64,000 bases of DNA from Hyphochytrium catenoides (taxonomy: Eukaryota > Protista > Hyphochytriomycota), in assembly GCA_900088475.1 (NCBI GenBank), contig FLMG01004535.1:1-64000 (forward strand), read 5' to 3'. The position numbers were made by a program, and so were the translations under genes. Position 1 is the first letter of the stretch. Every line of letters starts with the position of its first letter. The notes under the pieces are model-generated. The model did no database searches. It was not told where the DNA came from and saw only the letters and a list, made by a program, of their open reading frames with translations. Positions 60,152 to 64,000 of the stretch are shown here, piece by piece.

Positions 60152-61972
60152 TTATGGATTGATGATACGGTACCCGCGAGAACGTGCCAGCAGCTCACGG
60201 CCGCGAGTTGCCATCAGGGCCGCAACTCCAGCGACAGCAGCAAGGAAAGAGAAGTTCAAGAAGGAGGAGGAGGTCTTCTCGACGCTTGAAGACAGGAGCA
60301 GTTGCTGCTCAGCTGCAGGACCTCGGAGCGAGGCAGAAGTGCCTTCAGCCTTGTTCTCCTTCCCTGCAGAATCAACACCCTCCACCATCTTGTCTGCTTT
60401 GGTAGCATCAGAGATTTGAGCTTCGTTCTCGGACTTCACTGCCTTGGAAACTTCAGCACCTTTGCTAGATGCCAAAGACTTTGCAACCTCAGCCTTATTT
60501 ATGTTTGCCGAAACGTCCGCTACCTCAGCCTTCTTTTCTGCGTTAACCTCATTGGACTTGTCAGCCTTTTGATTGGCGTTGGCAATCTCCTTGGAGGCAT
60601 CGACCTGATCCTTAGCATTAACAGCTTGCTCTACTTGGGCTTCGTCATTGACCTCATCGGTCACCTTAGCTTTCTTGTTCGTCTTGGCACCCTTGGCGAC
60701 GTCAGCCACCTTGTTAGCCTTGACAGCTCCTGTCAAGTCAGCCTTGTCCTCAGCCTCGACAGCCTTTGAGGCTCCCGCCGCTTCCTTGTCAACCTTGGCA
60801 GCACTATTCATCTCAGCCTTCTTTTCATTCTTGAGAGACTCCGAGACCTGAGCCTTCTCACCAGCCTCTGCCTCAGCTTTATTACCTGCCACAGCAGCAT
60901 CGGAAGCCTCATTGTCCTTATTCGCCATCCGCTCCTGGGTGAGTTCAGCCTTGTCCTGAACTCCAGACTTCGTAGTTAAGGTAGACTGCTTCTTAGCCTG
61001 GCTATCCTGCACCTCCTCAGCCTTGTTCTCCTTTTGTCCAGCAGCAATTGTATCGGCCTTCTTGTCGGCCTTGGCTGCATCGGCAATTTTGGCATCCTTG
61101 CTAAGCTCCACCGCTTCAGCTTTGTTCTCGGTGGAGGTAGCCTCGGAAAGGTTCGTCTTCTTATTGGTCTTGGCAGCTTCCACAGCTTCTACGTTGTCTT
61201 CACTCTTGACCTCGTTGGTAACGTCAGCGGTCTTGTCAGACTTGACAACATCAGCAACCTCAGCCTTGTTCTCAGCCTTCACAGCCTTAGGGACCGCAAC
61301 CTTGTCCTCTGCGGCTGCCTTGTTCTCTGTGGCTGCCTTGCCTTCAACCTTAGCTTCAGAAACATCGCTCTTGTCTTTAGCTTGAGTTTTCTTCTGTGTC
61401 CTTGCGGCACGAACGGCTCCTTCCTTATCAGCTCCTTTCTCTTCGGTGACACCGTCACCGCCTTGTGCCTTGGACGGGTCCCGCTTGGCTGGTTCAGGGC
61501 CTAGAGGGGTGTGTTCCGGCGTCTCAGTGGGCTGCGGTTCAGCTACTGGCTCTGGCTCTTCAGCAGGCTCCTCTGGCCGTTCCTCTGGCTCATGTCCCTC
61601 CACACCCAGATCATGCAGGAGCTTGTCAACGGCCTTATCCTGCTCCTCCTCACTCAGTTTGCCGCTCGTTATTTGCTCGATGAGCCTATCAATCTCAGAG
61701 TCCTTCTCTTTATGGTGGTGTGCCTTCCTCTCTTTCTTCTTGTGAGAATAGTGTCCATGGGACTTGCCTTTTGAACGTAGGTTGCTCGTATCTTTGTCAG
61801 AGAGTCCGAAGCTGGAAAGCAGATTGTTTATCTGGCTATCAAACTCTTCAGAGCTCAGATCACCGCTGATAAGGTTGTTCAGAATCTCATCAGTCTTCTG
61901 AGACGCCTTCATCTCCGCCACTGCACAAGCAGCAGTGGCAAGAAGCCCCGCAACAATGAAGTTGAGCTTCAT
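60152..61972 (-). CDS. Secreted/surface-anchored Ala-Lys-Glu-rich repeat protein (single exon, 606 aa)
   Basis: Signal peptide MKLNFIVAGLLATAACAVA and a long open frame with degenerate 12-residue repeats. A C-terminal hydrophobic segment FLNFSFLAAVAGVAALMA is followed by the short basic tail RSRGYRIINP. Confidence 0.88.
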   Translation of the reverse strand: MKLNFIVAGLLATAACAVAEMKASQKTDEILNNLISGDLSSEEFDSQINNLLSSFGLSDKDTSNLRSKGKSHGHYSHKKKERKAHHHKEKDSEIDRLIEQITSGKLSEEEQDKAVDKLLHDLGVEGHEPEERPEEPAEEPEPVAEPQPTETPEHTPLGPEPAKRDPSKAQGGDGVTEEKGADKEGAVRAARTQKKTQAKDKSDVSEAKVEGKAATENKAAAEDKVAVPKAVKAENKAEVADVVKSDKTADVTNEVKSEDNVEAVEAAKTNKKTNLSEATSTENKAEAVELSKDAKIADAAKADKKADTIAAGQKENKAEEVQDSQAKKQSTLTTKSGVQDKAELTQERMANKDNEASDAAVAGNKAEAEAGEKAQVSESLKNEKKAEMNSAAKVDKEAAGASKAVEAEDKADLTGAVKANKVADVAKGAKTNKKAKVTDEVNDEAQVEQAVNAKDQVDASKEIANANQKADKSNEVNAEKKAEVADVSANINKAEVAKSLASSKGAEVSKAVKSENEAQISDATKADKMVEGVDSAGKENKAEGTSASLRGPAAEQQLLLSSSVEKTSSSFLNFSFLAAVAGVAALMATRGRELLARSRGYRIINP

Positions 61973-63267
61973 CACAGCTCAACGTTCCTTACCCTCTGGC
62001 AGGAAATACGTACGAAACTCGAGGTTGAAGGGAGGCTGTTACTACCTTTCTGAAGCTTGCTCTTCTGAACAATGAAGGCACCTGCGCACTAAGGTCTCTG
62101 AGGCTCTGATGCGGTTGAGCAAGGACGCTGGGAACCTTGGGATGAGACGAGGAAAGAAAGAAAGATCGCCGCTGCTTCGCACTTCCGCCGTCTGTCTTCC
62201 CTTCTCAGCGCTTCTGACAGAAGAGAAAAAAGGCTGGCGGTGGTGCGGGTTACCGGTATTAGTTTAGGAAAAATGCTGACTATTACGCTATATGAAAGTA
62301 AGTTGGAGGAATATCTTTGGGCAACGGGGAAGGTTTTGGACACAAGAGGCAGCAACCATGTCATCCTGTCACACACAGCACTAACACAAGTAGCAAAGTC
62401 AAACACAGGCCTCTGTTTTGAGACGGCTTTACCGTTTCTATTCTCTGAAAACACATGATTAGACGAGCTATCCCCAAACTCATATATAATATTTGGGGTC
62501 GTGTTTGAGAATGACATCTATGCACAACTTCCAGGATCAGAATTGCGAGGGCTTTAAGTGTTGGGTTCAAATTCTAACCTTCTTTCAGCTGTTGGGCGAT
62601 AAAGGCCTTGCACGGGCGTATCTTTGGCCTGGTTTTGCTGGTTGAAGTGGCTTCTTCACCAGACAAAGTGCCTGTTGCTGTTGCCAGGCATCATGGCATC
62701 GTCATCTCCCATCAGCTCAATGATGATCTTCATGTTCTCTTCTGCTATTGCAGTCAACTCTTCAGCGGCTCATCGACAGAGTGATAAGGACGGCATGTCC
62801 CCTCCTTCGAATCTTTGAACGCCGCTCTATGGTCCTGGTGACGATCTCGGTGTAGGCGAGAAGGAACAAGGAAGATCCATTCGCCTTCATGCAATAGCAC
62901 TGGCAAGAGAGCGTCTCGGCTATGTGCTGCTGGAGGATGGTCAGCCTAGCTTATGATAGAACTGTGTTTTGAGGGGAGCCCACAGGGCACGTGAAGGATC
63001 CCAAGAATTGGTGATGAGAAAGTGTCAAGGACTATCAGATGATGGTAGATTTGGTAAAAGACTCGGTTCAGGAGAGTGCTGATAAAACGATATAAAGAAT
63101 TAAAAATCACTAGTCATAGCGTTACCCCTGGAGACATTTGTTAGAAGAGATAAAGAAGATTGTGGGCGGAGCCTTGAGAGAATCGTAGTATAGAGCTATT
63201 GCGGGGGGGCCCGTAGAGCTGCACTGGAAAGCTGCTATCTCGGAAGCTTACAAGGGAGAAACGCCAC

Positions 63268-64000
63268 TTATTGCTCGGGAGCAATTGACAGAAGGATCTT
63301 TCCTGTGGTTCGTCGCTCCTCCAATAGATTGTGAGCCTCTCGCGCATCTTGAAGGGGAAGGATCGTAGGATCGCCGATCTTTAGCTTCTGTTCTTTCATC
63401 AGGCCGAAGACCGCTTTAGCCCTATCCGTCAGCTCCTTTCTCTCCGCAATGTAGTGGAACAAGTTTGGCCGAGTCAAGAACAGAGATCCTTTCTCCTGCA
63501 ACAGAGCAGGATCAATAGGGTCCGGAGTGCCGGAGGAAGCCCCAAACAACACCATCAACCCACGTGGCCGAAGACAGTCAAATCCTTTCAGAAAGGTTGC
63601 TCTGCCTACGCCATCGTACACGACATCCACTCCTCTCCCGCCTGTTATTTCCTTCACTTCCTTCACGAAGTCCTTCCTTGTATAAACAACCACCTCGTCA
63701 CAGCCCACAGCTTTTGCCTCTTCCGCTTTTTCCTCAGAGCTGCATGTTCCAATGATGAACGCGCCCGCATTGCGCGCTAGTTGAGCAATCAGCCGGCCAG
63801 TGCCACCTGCAGCTGCATGCAGAAGGACAACTGTACCTTCCCTCAAAGGGTAGGTGCTGTGCGTGAGATAGTGTGCTGTCATGCCCTGGATCATACAGGC
63901 CGTCGCGTCTTTTAGCGTCAAAGCGTCAGGCACGGGGACAGCCATCGACTGGGAAACGGTCGTGAACTCCGCGTAGGAGCCAGAGAGACACTTCGGATAC
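63268..64000 (-). CDS. NADPH:quinone oxidoreductase (zeta-crystallin/Qor-type MDR), 5' partial
   Basis: GSYAEF...AVPVPD..ATACMIQGMTAHYL..VLLHAAAGGTG..GRGVDVVYDGVG..GLMVLFGASSG..KGSLFLTRP..AREAHNLLEERRTTGKILL. The frame stays open to the window edge. Confidence 0.95.
   Translation of the reverse strand, partial: YPKCLSGSYAEFTTVSQSMAVPVPDALTLKDATACMIQGMTAHYLTHSTYPLREGTVVLLHAAAGGTGRLIAQLARNAGAFIIGTCSSEEKAEEAKAVGCDEVVVYTRKDFVKEVKEITGGRGVDVVYDGVGRATFLKGFDCLRPRGLMVLFGASSGTPDPIDPALLQEKGSLFLTRPNLFHYIAERKELTDRAKAVFGLMKEQKLKIGDPTILPLQDAREAHNLLEERRTTGKILLSIAPEQ

Noticed and set aside
60159-61774. Multiple plus-strand ORFs
   Set aside because: They are antisense shadows of the codon-biased 606-aa gene. 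The same applies to antisense ORFs over the antiporter, RPLP2 and Qor.
62559-62579. tRNA T-arm-like GTTGGGTTCAAATTCTAAC
   Set aside because: No D-arm, anticodon arm or acceptor stem can be folded around it. The similar GTTCAAATCC at 48368 fails for the same reason.
1-64000. CRISPR array, rRNA, intact transposon or prokaryotic operon
   Set aside because: No spaced direct repeats, rRNA motifs, or RT/integrase/transposase motifs were seen. Most genes are spliceosomal-intron eukaryotic genes.

Overview
Intron-rich eukaryotic nuclear DNA with short GT-AG introns, CT/GA microsatellites and 4 assembly gaps. It is probably from a stramenopile-like protist, inferred from the divergent ...GMDMFGGGGDDY tail of ribosomal protein P2 and the style of the secreted protein. 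Manual splicing supports 13 protein-coding genes: a C2-domain protein, PAM16, a ferlin, a twin-CX9C protein missed by the ORF track, an SLC18B1-like MFS transporter, an Rdx/SelW-like CxxC protein, XPG/RAD2, a 3-RRM protein, ribose-5-phosphate isomerase, a CPA2 antiporter with an RCK domain, an F-box/WD40 gene, RPLP2 and a secreted repeat protein. A partial quinone oxidoreductase runs off the right edge. The standout is 51093..57041 (+). Seven phase-consistent exons give about 1447 aa with the order pseudo-receiver - PAS - PAS/PAC - F-box - WD40. This looks like an SCF ubiquitin-ligase adaptor carrying two-component-type sensory modules, conceptually parallel to plant ZEITLUPE (LOV-F-box-Kelch) but built from different parts. 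All domain calls are by-eye motif recognition, and no database search was run.
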